A stretch of DNA of 64,000 nucleotides from an uncultured bacterium (GTDB lineage Bacteria; Desulfobacterota_D; UBA1144; Nemesobacterales; UBA2774), in NCBI GenBank assembly GCA_963705505.1, contig CAVPJU010000003.1, positions 24,021 through 88,020 on the forward strand, in the 5' to 3' direction. The translations under genes and the position numbers were made by a program. The notes beneath the pieces were generated by a model. That model was not told the DNA's origin and made no database searches. It saw only the letters and a list, made by a program, of their open reading frames with translations. This document shows, in pieces, positions 29,195 through 38,547 of the stretch; the first letter of the stretch is position 1, and each line of letters begins with the position of its first letter.

Positions 29195-30400
29195 TCAGCC
29201 CAGCAGCGTATCCACCGTATGACGGGCGAAGGCCATTGAGCACGTAAACGCTGGGGATATCGCGTTCAATATATGGAGCGAATCGCCTTCCTTTATTATT
29301 ACGAAGTCGGTTACGAGTTTTTTCGCCGGCCAATCGACGAGCTGGGGGCGTATGCCGCACTTTGGAGTATCTTCTACATCGCTTATGCTTATCTCAGGCA
29401 GAAGCCCCCTCGCCTCTTTCAGCAATGTCTCGGCGGAATACTTTCTGATCTCCGTCAGCGCAGCCGCTCTGAACCCCTCGTTCGTGAAAAACATCACGCC
29501 GTCCCTGTAGAGTATCGAAAGAGATTCGAGAGAGAGGTCATCGAGAAACCCGTATTCCTCCCTGCCGAGAACAGGGATCGCCGTAGGACCAATGTACACG
29601 TCGTCATGGGCGCTCCTCGTGAAATGCACTCCGAGGAATGGGTTCCTCAAGTCGGGTACGGGATAAATGTTCCCCCTGACGAGGTAGGACTTTTCCTTTT
29701 TCAGTTTCTTATACGTGCCCTTGAACGGCAGCACCCTGTAATTACCGCCTATCCCGAACGCAGCCGCCACCCTGTCGGCAAAAGTCCCCGCCGCGTTGAC
29801 GAGATTACCGAAGGCGATATTCCCCGCACTTGTGACAGCAGTGCGCGAACCTTGGAGTCCGAGGAAAGATGTCCCGAAGAGGAACTTAACGCAGCCCCCT
29901 TCTTCGAGCTCTCTTTTGATTTCGTTAAGTATTTGGACGGGGTCTATGACTGCGGTGTCGGGGGAATATAGGGCTTTTTCTCTCGGCGCGGCGTACGGCT
30001 CGATCTCGAGCAGCTCCTTTCTGTCGATGAGGAAAGACCTCGCCCCGCATGAATCGGCACGGCGCTTAAGCTCATCGAGCGCGTCTTCCTTCTCGCCGCT
30101 GTCGGGCACTATCACCTTCCCGCTTTCTTTGAGCGTGAGCCCCCTTTCGCGGCAGTATTCCTTCATCAGCCGGTTGCCCTCGACGCAGAACCTGGCTTTG
30201 TTCGTCCCCGGCGAGTAATAGATCCCCGCGTGGAGCACTCCGCTATTCCTGCCGCTCGCGTGAGCGCCGAGCCCCGGCTCCTTCTCTATTACGAGAATAT
30301 CGTCAGCCCCGCGCCTGACGAGCTCCCGCGCCGTAGCGAGGCCCGTTATCCCCGCGCCGACGATGAGAATATTGCAGCTCTCTACCTTATGCGCGCTCAT
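29195..30400 (-). CDS. lhgO: FAD-dependent L-2-hydroxyglutarate oxidase/dehydrogenase (LhgO-like, DAO family)
   Basis: N-terminal GAGITG FAD fold and the C-terminal HILNAISPAFTCS block characteristic of LhgO/YgaF-type enzymes. Confidence 0.7.
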   Translation of the reverse strand: MSAHKVESCNILIVGAGITGLATARELVRRGADDILVIEKEPGLGAHASGRNSGVLHAGIYYSPGTNKARFCVEGNRLMKEYCRERGLTLKESGKVIVPDSGEKEDALDELKRRADSCGARSFLIDRKELLEIEPYAAPREKALYSPDTAVIDPVQILNEIKRELEEGGCVKFLFGTSFLGLQGSRTAVTSAGNIAFGNLVNAAGTFADRVAAAFGIGGNYRVLPFKGTYKKLKKEKSYLVRGNIYPVPDLRNPFLGVHFTRSAHDDVYIGPTAIPVLGREEYGFLDDLSLESLSILYRDGVMFFTNEGFRAAALTEIRKYSAETLLKEARGLLPEISISDVEDTPKCGIRPQLVDWPAKKLVTDFVIIKEGDSLHILNAISPAFTCSMAFARHTVDTLLG

Positions 30401-30430
30401 ACTCGGTTTCTTCCCTACTCCGCATCATGC

Positions 30431-30535
30431 CTAATAATAATGTCATTGCGAGGGAGCGTATGTGGCGACCGCGGCAATCTCATAAAAGGCGAGATCGCCA
30501 CGTAGCTTCGCTACTCGCGATGACAGAAAAAAGAG
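30431..30535. repeat. Family-A palindromic intergenic element (GTCATTGCGAG...GGCAATCTCA...GAGATCGCCACG...CTCGCGATGAC)
   Basis: A roughly 100-nt imperfect palindrome. Arm mismatches are T/C changes compatible with G-U pairing in an RNA. A second copy lies at 36736-36800. Confidence 0.5.
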
Positions 30536-30544
30536 GTGCCCCGC

Positions 30545-31462
30545 TTAGTCTTTCTTCCTCTTCCGCCCGCTCACAGATTTCAACAACCATCCGACGATTG
30601 TGTCCACGGTGAAGGAGGGGTTTTCCATGCAGTCGTGCTTGGCCCCGGGGATGAACGATAGTTCAGCTTTTTTGTTCCCCGATTTTTTCAGTATGCCGAG
30701 AAGCTCCTGAACTTCCTCCGCCGCGACGACGTCGTCCCTCTCCCCGTGTATGAACAGCACCGGGACCTTCACGCCCGGAATTATCTCGTTCGTCTTCGCG
30801 TTGAGCGCCTCGGGGCTCCTCATGTACCACCACGTCCTGTAAGTGAACATCTCAGCGTCAGACGGGTTGAACGAAGGCCCCCACGCCCTGTACACGATGA
30901 ATATCCTGTCGTTCTTAGTCTCCGAAGGGTCGTGGCTGAGCACCTTTTTCGCTATATCGTATATGTGCTCGTAGGAGGGGATGCTATTCCACTTATCGAG
31001 CCTCCGCTTGTGGGAGAGCGGCAGGGACGAGGAGCACCCTTCGAGAATAAGCCCTTTCACGTTCTTATGCGCCCCGCGAACGGCGTAATATACGGTGATA
31101 TTCGCCCCGAGGCTCCAGCCGAGGACATAGATTTTTTTAAAGCCTTCACCGACGAGGGCATCGACCGCGGCTTCTATGTCGAGGACCGAGTCGTCGAATA
31201 TGCCTCCCCCGAATATCTGGCCCGTGAACGCGAGTCTTGTATTTATAGACAGCGAGCTAATACCCCGCTCGACGAGCGCGTTCGGGAGGAGTCTCGGAGT
31301 CCCCCTCGCGAGGAAATGCCCGAGCACCCCGTGGACGAGGAGCACTATGGGAGAGTTATAGAGGTCTTTTTCCTTTTTGAATTCGCCCGACACGAGGACC
31401 GCGTTTATAAGAAAACCGTCCGCGGCGTTAAAGGTGAGTAGTCTTCTTTGTCTCGGAACCAT
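30545..31462 (-). CDS. Alpha/beta-hydrolase fold protein (GWSLG nucleophile elbow)
   Basis: 305 aa with GXSXG (GWSLG), a downstream Asp and a His (GAKHD). RBS GGGGA is upstream. It is the second gene of a tandem paralog pair. Confidence 0.7.
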   Translation of the reverse strand: MVPRQRRLLTFNAADGFLINAVLVSGEFKKEKDLYNSPIVLLVHGVLGHFLARGTPRLLPNALVERGISSLSINTRLAFTGQIFGGGIFDDSVLDIEAAVDALVGEGFKKIYVLGWSLGANITVYYAVRGAHKNVKGLILEGCSSSLPLSHKRRLDKWNSIPSYEHIYDIAKKVLSHDPSETKNDRIFIVYRAWGPSFNPSDAEMFTYRTWWYMRSPEALNAKTNEIIPGVKVPVLFIHGERDDVVAAEEVQELLGILKKSGNKKAELSFIPGAKHDCMENPSFTVDTIVGWLLKSVSGRKRKKD

Positions 31463-31477
31463 TTTGCGGCATCCCCG

Positions 31478-32380
31478 CTAGCTTTTGAATCTCTTGTCGA
31501 GCCACCTGACGATGATCTCCCCGAGCTCTTCTTCTTTGCCCTCGAACGTGTGCCCCGCGTTTACGTAGAAAGCGGAGACGTCCTGGTTTCCCGCCTGTAT
31601 CGCGATGTCGGCGAGCCTGTGCGTCTCCTCGGGCTTTACGACGTCGTCATACCAGCCCTGTATCAGGAGGAGCGGCAGCTTTATCCTCTCCATCTTGAGA
31701 TACGCTTTGGCGGTGTCGGCCTCGGGCCCGGCGAGGAACCACCACGTCTTATACGTGTAGATCTCGGTGTGCCAGGGGAGGTAGGTGTTCCCCCGGCCTT
31801 TATAAATCAGGATCGTGCGGTCGTGCTGTGAATTATAAGGGTCGGGCTTCAGTATCTCCTTCGACTCTTCATATACCTCGTCGTAGGATGGCTCGCTCCT
31901 CCACCTGTTCCAGCGCTTCCTTATGGACTCGGGCATCGAATAGGGAGTGGCGAGCGACATGACTCCTTTCAGGTGCGGGTACCGCTCGGGGTCGTTCCTG
32001 AGATACGCGTACCTGAGCACTATGCACGTGCCGAGGCTGTAGCCGGAAATTATGATTTTTTTATACCCCATGCCGACCAGGTAATCGACGGCGCTGTCTA
32101 TCTGCGGCATCACGTCGTCTATTATCCCGTAGCCGAAGAAGAGGCCGAAGTTAGCCATGCGTGTGTTTATGGCGAGGGAGGAATAGCCGCCCTCGGCGAG
32201 TATCGGAGGGAGGAATCGCTGGCTCCCGTCGAGGAAATTCCCGAGGAAGCCGTGGACATGGACAATCGCCGTGTCCTTTTCCGGAAGACGGTCGTCCCTG
32301 ACAGTGCTGTGGTAGTAGAGGGCGTCTATCTTGCCGTCGCCCGAGGGTATGGACACAAGCTCCTGCTCCATGTATTTCAT
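31478..32380 (-). CDS. Alpha/beta-hydrolase fold protein, paralog of the downstream gene (GYSLG nucleophile elbow)
   Basis: Same architecture as the 30545-31462 gene, with the same domain order, the HVHGFLG/LVHGVLGHFL oxyanion block and TYKTWW/TYRTWW, at roughly 30% identity by eye. The start is ambiguous: ATG at 32380, or TTG at 32398 in the ORF track. Confidence 0.65.
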   Translation of the reverse strand: MKYMEQELVSIPSGDGKIDALYYHSTVRDDRLPEKDTAIVHVHGFLGNFLDGSQRFLPPILAEGGYSSLAINTRMANFGLFFGYGIIDDVMPQIDSAVDYLVGMGYKKIIISGYSLGTCIVLRYAYLRNDPERYPHLKGVMSLATPYSMPESIRKRWNRWRSEPSYDEVYEESKEILKPDPYNSQHDRTILIYKGRGNTYLPWHTEIYTYKTWWFLAGPEADTAKAYLKMERIKLPLLLIQGWYDDVVKPEETHRLADIAIQAGNQDVSAFYVNAGHTFEGKEEELGEIIVRWLDKRFKS

Positions 32381-32520
32381 ATCAGTATCCGCACACACAA
32401 TGTTCGCTTATACATGATTTCCGCATTAATCTTCTGCCTAGCCGATAAGAGCGTCATGTGCCTGTGCCGTTCTTATTCTGTGCATTTCCGAATATCATAT
32501 AGAAAAGCATTGTTTAAAAT

Positions 32521-32550
32521 CCACCCTAACCCTCCTTTACGAAAGGAGGG
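32521..32550. repeat. Family-B hairpin repeat copy (CCACCCTAACC + CCTCCTTTACGAAAGGAGG)
   Basis: A perfect 9-bp stem with an ACG loop, preceded by the CCACCCTAACC leader shared with the copy at 14336. Confidence 0.45.
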
Positions 32551-32649
32551 AAATAAAAGACGAGAAAAATTATCTCTATTTTAGCAGAGATTTCGGTTCG
32601 GAGAATAGCTGAGGAAATAATTGAGGAAGTAGTTAGTCACGGACGGAAT

Positions 32650-32868
32650 TCAAACAGGCTCGGAAAAATAACTGCCGGGCTCGCTTATCACCCTGTCGGC
32701 GAAGTGCTTGGCCTCTTCCCAGGTGGACGACTTCCCGAGCTCAAGCACCCTTTTCGATAAAACGCCCTGCGCGAAAAGGGTCTTCGTCTTCGGGTCCCAG
32801 ATTATCTGCCAGTTGTCCTGGCCGGCCCCCCTCACCCAGCCGAAGGGAAATGTTCCGACTTCGCCCAA
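32650..32868 (-). CDS. Hypothetical 72-aa cytoplasmic protein
   Basis: ORF 89 nt downstream of the secreted Cys-repeat gene on the same strand. No family recognised. Confidence 0.3.
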   Translation of the reverse strand: MGEVGTFPFGWVRGAGQDNWQIIWDPKTKTLFAQGVLSKRVLELGKSSTWEEAKHFADRVISEPGSYFSEPV

Positions 32869-32957
32869 TTATGAATACTCCGGTACTGAGGATTAGCACC
32901 CGGTCTCGGGTGCGCAAGAGTAAATTATTACCAATCCGGCTTTTGTCAAGCCGAGGG

Positions 32958-33680
32958 TTAATGTATCTCCCTCACGACTTCCCTCGTACCCATGGGGTTC
33001 GTGAAGACGACCTGCGTGAAGCCGCAATCCTTCATCCTCTCCATTGCCGTCCTGCCGTCAGACACGGTAAGCAGGAACGGCGCGATGAACGACTTCTGAA
33101 AAGGGCAGTTGAGGCATGTGAAAACTATGACCTCGTTCAAGTCCCCCCTCGATGAAATCCGGATAGTGGGATAGTCCTTCTGGTACTGCGCGCTCCAGTC
33201 GTTTATGCAGACAAGCCTGTTCGGGTCCGGGAATACTTTCGGCACTTCGACGACGATCGCCTCGGACCCCCTCATCCCCTTGAATACCGCCTGTGTGAAG
33301 CCGCATTCATGGAGCCTCATCATCCCTGTTTCCCCCCTGTACTCGGTCTCGAGGAACGGCTTTACAAAATGCTCGTCGAGGCTGCAGTCGGGACAGTGAA
33401 ATACCGCGATCTCGTTATAGTGCCCCCTCGTAGTCACTTCGATATCCGCCTTCTGCCCCTTATAAAGCTTCGTCCACTGCTCGGCGCAGTAAAGACGCTG
33501 AGGCTCGGGCTCGATATCAGCCTCTTCAACTTTCTCCGCCTCTCCCATGGTCTCGACCGGAGCGTTCTCAGCGCGATGAGAATGCTTGGCGGTACCGGCC
33601 GCGTGGGATTTCGTGATGCCGTAACCGCATAGGAACACCGCTATTAATGTAAAACTCAAGAGACTATGGATATGCCTCAT
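32958..33680 (-). CDS. Secreted protein built from two tandem copies of a roughly 85-aa four-cysteine domain of unknown function
   Basis: Start at ATG 33680 (GGAGG RBS) gives a signal peptide (MRHIHSLLSFTLIAVFLCGYGITKSHA). Repeat 1 runs YCAEQW...HCPDCS...HECGFTQAVF and repeat 2 runs VCINDW...TCLNCP...KDCGFTQVVF. Confidence 0.55.
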   Translation of the reverse strand: MRHIHSLLSFTLIAVFLCGYGITKSHAAGTAKHSHRAENAPVETMGEAEKVEEADIEPEPQRLYCAEQWTKLYKGQKADIEVTTRGHYNEIAVFHCPDCSLDEHFVKPFLETEYRGETGMMRLHECGFTQAVFKGMRGSEAIVVEVPKVFPDPNRLVCINDWSAQYQKDYPTIRISSRGDLNEVIVFTCLNCPFQKSFIAPFLLTVSDGRTAMERMKDCGFTQVVFTNPMGTREVVREIH

Positions 33681-33844
33681 TCCAGTCATCCTCCTCTGTT
33701 CCACTTATTTTACAGCATTTCGAGGATATATGGAATACCTTATAGTAATACATTAATTTCGCCCTAAAACCTACGGGGGATAAAGGAGGAATACTATTTT
33801 GTCCGGCATGTCCCGCTTAAGCTAAAATGTACGGAGCCGGGCAC

Positions 33845-34459
33845 TCAATCAATCCCCGAACGGAGCCCCTCGAGGTCCCTGTGTATCTCCCTCGCCTCCG
33901 ACCTGAACTCGTCGAGGCCCGAGAGCATCCGAGCGTCACAACCCGCCCGTTTCCTTTTGAAAATCGGGGAATGGATGAGACAAACGCCGAGTCCGAGCCA
34001 CGCTCCCCAAAAGACCCACGCAACGAAAACCGACCCGGAGTATATCAATATAAGTAAGCCTATATATTTGCCCGACAGTATCACTAACGGGAAAATGATT
34101 ACTCCCTTCAGCGTCGAAATAATAGCCGATAACAGACCGCCCGACCGCCCGCCTGAACCCGAGAGCCCGCCTCCGAGGCTCGCCCCGGCGAGTATCCCCG
34201 CAAGCAGGGGGAACATCGGCGAGATCAGCAGATATATGAACCCCGATATGAATCCCGTGAATGCCGCCCTCGTTAGCGATACCCCGCTCCCGCTGTAAAT
34301 CGCGGACACGGCGGCGACGCCGGTCAGGAGCGCAGGATAGAAAAACATATGACCGAGAGGCAGGTTATTGAGCAGAGTGTATCCCAGTAAGAATGTTATC
34401 ACTCCCCATGCGCCTGAGAGGAGTACCGGGACTGTGAGTGATTTGAATCGGGCGTTCAT
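33845..34459 (-). CDS. Polytopic membrane protein with a Gly/Ser-rich loop; third gene of the pspA-VWA operon
   Basis: RBS AAAGGAGA upstream. 5-6 TM helices. No family recognised. Confidence 0.5.
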   Translation of the reverse strand: MNARFKSLTVPVLLSGAWGVITFLLGYTLLNNLPLGHMFFYPALLTGVAAVSAIYSGSGVSLTRAAFTGFISGFIYLLISPMFPLLAGILAGASLGGGLSGSGGRSGGLLSAIISTLKGVIIFPLVILSGKYIGLLILIYSGSVFVAWVFWGAWLGLGVCLIHSPIFKRKRAGCDARMLSGLDEFRSEAREIHRDLEGLRSGID

Positions 34460-34517
34460 TTTTATCTCCTTTCAAACGGGGAGCGGTCATTCTCACCGCC
34501 CCCATGGATTCTCTTCT

Positions 34518-35930
34518 CTACTTCTGAGCTTCCCTCGCGTTTGCCTTCTGTTCTTTTATGAGCTTCTTTCCGTCGTCGGATGCAGGAGCAGGCGCTGCGG
34601 GGGACGACATGTTCGTGAGCGCATCTCTAAGCTCCGCTTCCTGCTCCGCGGTCTTCGCGTTCCCGTAGGGGCTCCTGTTGAGGTTCGCGACGCTTTCGTA
34701 GGCCCTCTTTATTTTGGAAACAGCGCTCTCCCTGTCTCCCTCCTCGTACGCCGTGGTCGCCTGGTAGTATTCCCCTGAGGCGTCGACAGATACCCACCTC
34801 GCGGTAACGTCCTTGTTCTCGTTCTGAGCGACCTTGTCCTTATCTTCCGTCACCCGGTAAGAGAGCATCGTGTTAAGCCCCGAGGCTTTGTTCTCCCTGA
34901 GCAGGTCGGTGAATTCGAGGGACGCAGTGCCGAGGTCTTTCATTCCGGCCGCCTCTGCGGGGACCTTGAATTTCACGAGTATGTCCCTCTCCTGACCGCC
35001 GAAGAAATCACCGAGCTTGATCTCGACCTTTCCGCCAGCCGTCTTCGTGTACGTGTAACCGTACACCTCATCGACTGCGACGCCCGGAGCGAGAGCGAGC
35101 TTTATGACGGGGTCCTTCGCGACCGTGGCTGCGATCTGTCCGAACTCCTTTTGAAAAATGCCCGTAAGCTGCGTGGGTGATTCTATGAAGTAGTAATTCC
35201 CCGCTCCGTACTCGGCGAGGTTCATCATGAGGTTCTCGTCGTAATCGACTCCGAGACCCATCGTCGTGATGTGTATGCCCTTCTCGGACGCCCGGCTCGC
35301 AACCCTGCCGAGCTCGCCCAGGTCCGTGATACCGACGTTCGCGAGCCCGTCGGAAAGGAGTATGACGCGGTTTACGTATCCCCCGCGCTCTATAGAATCC
35401 AGCTGCTCTATGCCCGCCGTGAGTCCGCCCGAGAGGTTGGTAGATTCAGTAGGATAGAGCGAATCGACGACCGTTATCGCTCCGTCCTTATTCTTTAAGA
35501 ACTGTATCGGGTACAGGAGCTCGACCTCCGTCGAATATGCCACGACCGCGAGCCTGTCCTCTTTATTGAGCCCGGCGATTATCTGCTTCGCCGCCTCCTT
35601 CGCGTACTCGATCTTCCCCTTATCACTCATCGAGCCGCTGCGGTCTATAACGAGGACGAGGTTAACGGGTGTCCTCTGCTGGAGTTGGCCCTCCTTGCCC
35701 TTTATCCTCATGTTGAGCATCAATTCCCGGTCCGAGCCTTTCTCGACGAACGGGTGGCTCAGCCTGAGGTCCCACGTGACCGTATCGGTATTTGAAGTCG
35801 TCACCGTTTTCTTGTCCTCCTCGTTTGGTTTTGGTATAGTCGGGAAGGCCGAGATATATTTCCCTCCCGCGAGTATTGCAAATACGATCAGGAAAATCCC
35901 GATTATGAGCTTATTCTTATCCTTATTCAT
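34518..35930 (-). CDS. Membrane-anchored von Willebrand factor type A (VWA) domain protein
   Basis: N-terminal TM helix. The VWA MIDAS motif DRSGSM...S...T...D is present. Its ATG overlaps the pspA stop (ATGA). Confidence 0.8.
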   Translation of the reverse strand: MNKDKNKLIIGIFLIVFAILAGGKYISAFPTIPKPNEEDKKTVTTSNTDTVTWDLRLSHPFVEKGSDRELMLNMRIKGKEGQLQQRTPVNLVLVIDRSGSMSDKGKIEYAKEAAKQIIAGLNKEDRLAVVAYSTEVELLYPIQFLKNKDGAITVVDSLYPTESTNLSGGLTAGIEQLDSIERGGYVNRVILLSDGLANVGITDLGELGRVASRASEKGIHITTMGLGVDYDENLMMNLAEYGAGNYYFIESPTQLTGIFQKEFGQIAATVAKDPVIKLALAPGVAVDEVYGYTYTKTAGGKVEIKLGDFFGGQERDILVKFKVPAEAAGMKDLGTASLEFTDLLRENKASGLNTMLSYRVTEDKDKVAQNENKDVTARWVSVDASGEYYQATTAYEEGDRESAVSKIKRAYESVANLNRSPYGNAKTAEQEAELRDALTNMSSPAAPAPASDDGKKLIKEQKANAREAQK

Positions 35931-36592
35931 TTCTTACCGCCTCCCTTGTTTATATTCTTTTTAAGCATCTCGACTTCTTCCGCGATGAGCTTCTCCTCCC
36001 TCTCCCACGCCTCTTTTTCCTTTTCCCGCGCCATGCTGAAGGACTCGCTCTCCTCTTCCACACGCTCCTCGATCTTCCTGAAAACGCTGAAAGGCTCATC
36101 CGTGAGGGATTCGGGGCATCCGGTGATGTCCTCTTTCCCGGCGGGCGCCCCCTTTGCGAGGCTTATTTCCCTGAGCAGGAGAGTCCGCTTCGTCTTCGCC
36201 GCCTGCACGCGGTTCTCAAGCCCGGCGTACCGCTCTTCATAGTCCCTCAGCTTCGACCTGTCTTTCGTGAGGTTTATGCCGAGCCTCCTCTCCTTCTCTT
36301 CGAGAATCCTCCTCTTCCTCACGGCTTCTCTCGCGTTCTCGTCCATCCCCTTGCCGACGTAATCCTCCGCCCTCTCCTGCCAGTATCCGATCTGCTCGCG
36401 GGTTCTCTTCGAGAGCTTCGCCTGCTCGTCTATCCTGAACCTGAGCGCGCCTATCTTGACCCTCGCTTTCTCGAGCCCCTCCTCCATCTCCTCCACGGCC
36501 TGGTTCAATATCTTCTCCGGGTCCTCCGCCCTCGACACCCAGTCGTTAAACTGAGACTTCACTATCACTCCGACTCTCTTCTTGAATCCCAT
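35927..36592 (-). CDS. pspA: PspA/IM30 (phage shock protein A / ESCRT-III-like) family protein
   Basis: The N-terminus aligns with E. coli PspA (block AEDPEK...QA..EMEE.L...R) and the body is coiled-coil. Strong RBS AAGGAGAG lies upstream of the ATG at 36592. Confidence 0.8.
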   Translation of the reverse strand: MGFKKRVGVIVKSQFNDWVSRAEDPEKILNQAVEEMEEGLEKARVKIGALRFRIDEQAKLSKRTREQIGYWQERAEDYVGKGMDENAREAVRKRRILEEKERRLGINLTKDRSKLRDYEERYAGLENRVQAAKTKRTLLLREISLAKGAPAGKEDITGCPESLTDEPFSVFRKIEERVEEESESFSMAREKEKEAWEREEKLIAEEVEMLKKNINKGGGKK

Positions 36593-36697
36593 GACTTCTC
36601 TCCTTACTGCGGATTTAAGGATTATTACGAACGGGGGGGAGGAAAGTTTTACACACCTAGTGTGTTTCTACGATTGCTGCGTTATTCCTCTGCTTCT

Positions 36698-36870
36698 TAT
36701 TAATTCCCTCCCCTTTGAAGGGGGAGGGTTCGGGTGGGGGTGTCATTGCGAGCGTAGCGAAATGGAGCGCGGCAATCTCAAAGAAACAGAGAGATCGCCA
36801 CGGCCACTCACGTGGCCTCGCGAAGACAGAAACAATTTGTCATTTCGACCGGAGGGAGAAATGACAGGGA
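36698..36870. repeat. Composite repeat cluster: inverted family-B unit (CCCTCCCCTTTGAAGGGGGAGGGTTCGGGTGG), a family-A palindromic element, and an A-prime hairpin (TGTCATTTCGACCGGAGGGAGAAATGACA)
   Basis: Lies between the anti-sigma gene and pspA. All three units recur elsewhere in the window. Confidence 0.5.
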
Positions 36871-36915
36871 AGGCACTGTCAGTTAGTAAGGAGAGATTTA
36901 AGACCGCAAAGATTC

Positions 36916-37947
36916 TCAGTTCACCGGACCCGGCGTGGGGTTCGCACTCCCGAGCCTCTCGACCGACTTCTGCTTGAGCTCCATTATCCTGCTGTTGGCA
37001 AAGGAGGTCTCGGCGGGCGAGACCTGCTGGAGCTGATTGTAATTCATGAGGGCCTTATCGAGCTTCCCCTCCTTCTCGTAGCACTCGGCAAGCGAGCGGT
37101 AGGACTGCGCGCGCACGTATCGAGGCGGCTCGGGATCGGATTTCAACAAATCCTCGTTCGTCTTTATGGAGGACTCGCAGTCCCCCTCCGTCTGCTGCTT
37201 GAGAGCGAGGCTCAGTTGACCGCTATAGTCCTTCACATTCTCGACCGATGCCGCTTCTGATTGCGAGGATGCGGGCACCTCTTCAGGAGCGGATTTTTTC
37301 GCTGCGGTATCGAGGAGCGCCGATTCTTTATTGTCTGCGTCCCGCTCCCTGTCACCCGTCAGGCCCGCTTCATTCCCGGCGGCGGAGTACATTTCCTTAG
37401 ACGGCGGAGGCGGCGCTGCAGGAGCCGGGCTTAGCTGGTTTTCATGAGCCTCCCTCTCGCGCAATGCGAGTGAAGACTCCGCTGATTCGGAATATCGGGT
37501 CGATTCCCTTTTCAATTCAGGGACAGCCTGCCCCCTCGTCTCCATGTGGCTTCCGGGCTCTTTCACCTTGCTCGCCATGACGTCCCTCGAAATCGTATCC
37601 GTGTACGGTCTCTCACCGTGGCCGTAATAGAACCAGACCATGAGCGCGATAGTAGCGGAGAGTGCGGGTATGAGGATCGGCGAATAGGGCCACCTCTTCC
37701 AGAACGGGCGCCTGTCCCCGGCGACCTTTTCCCTCGCGGCTCTGGACAACCTGGCCATGACTTCGGGCGAAGGCTCGGGCAGAGCGGCATCCTCCGTCAC
37801 GGCCCTCCTTATCTCGGCGTATTCCTCGTATTCCCTCATGCACGCTTCACAGCCCCGGAGGTGCTCCATTACGGCGTCCCTCTCTTCAGGGCTAAGCTCG
37901 CCGTGTATAAGCTCGACCAATATCTCGCTGCATCTATCGCAATTCAT
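36916..37947 (-). CDS. Anti-sigma factor: N-terminal zinc-finger (zf-HC2) anti-sigma domain, one TM helix, periplasmic TPR-like C-terminus
   Basis: Motif CDRC...H...C..C within the first 40 aa. A TM helix near residue 95. Starts 9 nt after the ECF sigma stop. Confidence 0.7.
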   Translation of the reverse strand: MNCDRCSEILVELIHGELSPEERDAVMEHLRGCEACMREYEEYAEIRRAVTEDAALPEPSPEVMARLSRAAREKVAGDRRPFWKRWPYSPILIPALSATIALMVWFYYGHGERPYTDTISRDVMASKVKEPGSHMETRGQAVPELKRESTRYSESAESSLALREREAHENQLSPAPAAPPPPSKEMYSAAGNEAGLTGDRERDADNKESALLDTAAKKSAPEEVPASSQSEAASVENVKDYSGQLSLALKQQTEGDCESSIKTNEDLLKSDPEPPRYVRAQSYRSLAECYEKEGKLDKALMNYNQLQQVSPAETSFANSRIMELKQKSVERLGSANPTPGPVN

Positions 37948-37956
37948 CTTTTCCCT

Positions 37957-38547
37957 TTACACCCCTCTCGCTTTCTGCCTGTCCTCAAAATATCCCGACT
38001 CCGCGAAGACCTGCCTCAGCCCCTTGTACGCGTATCTGAGACGGCTCTTTACGGTGCCGAGCGGCGATTCCGTGACCATCGCGATCTCCTCGAGCGATAG
38101 CCCCTCGACTTCTCTCAGTAAAAATACTTCCCTGAACTCCTCTTTCAACCCCTTGACCCCGATATCGATGAGGGCCTTCACTTCGAGATCGAACGCCTTC
38201 TCTTCCTGGTCCCTCTCCTCGCTCCGCACTATCTCGAGGACGACCGCCCCGCCCTCCTCGCCGCCTGAGAGCGGCGCGTCTAACGAGCTGTGCCTCCTGT
38301 AGCTCTCGGTCCGGAGATAATCTATGCAGTGGTTCCGCGCTATGCTGTAAAGCCACGTCGAGAACTTCTGAGACGGGTCGTACCTTTTTCTCCGCTCTAT
38401 CACCTTCAAAAATATCTCCTGGAGCAGGTCCTCCGCCTGGGTCTTCTGCACCCCGGTCATCTTCATAATGAACCTGAGCACACCGGCTCCGTGCCGGCTG
38501 AGGAGAGTGTCGAAGCTCCCCTCGTCGCCCATCTGAAATTTCCGCAT
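37957..38547 (-). CDS. ECF (group 4) RNA polymerase sigma-70 factor
   Basis: Sigma70 regions 2 and 4 are present. I prefer the ATG at 38547 (GAAGAGG RBS) over the GTG at 38592 used by the ORF track. Confidence 0.8.
   Translation of the reverse strand: MRKFQMGDEGSFDTLLSRHGAGVLRFIMKMTGVQKTQAEDLLQEIFLKVIERRKRYDPSQKFSTWLYSIARNHCIDYLRTESYRRHSSLDAPLSGGEEGGAVVLEIVRSEERDQEEKAFDLEVKALIDIGVKGLKEEFREVFLLREVEGLSLEEIAMVTESPLGTVKSRLRYAYKGLRQVFAESGYFEDRQKARGV

Noticed and set aside
28090-29971. ORFs 28090-29049 and 29273-29971 antisense to nuoF and lhgO
   Set aside because: Shadow ORFs within confidently identified genes. Their translations are Arg-rich and low-complexity.
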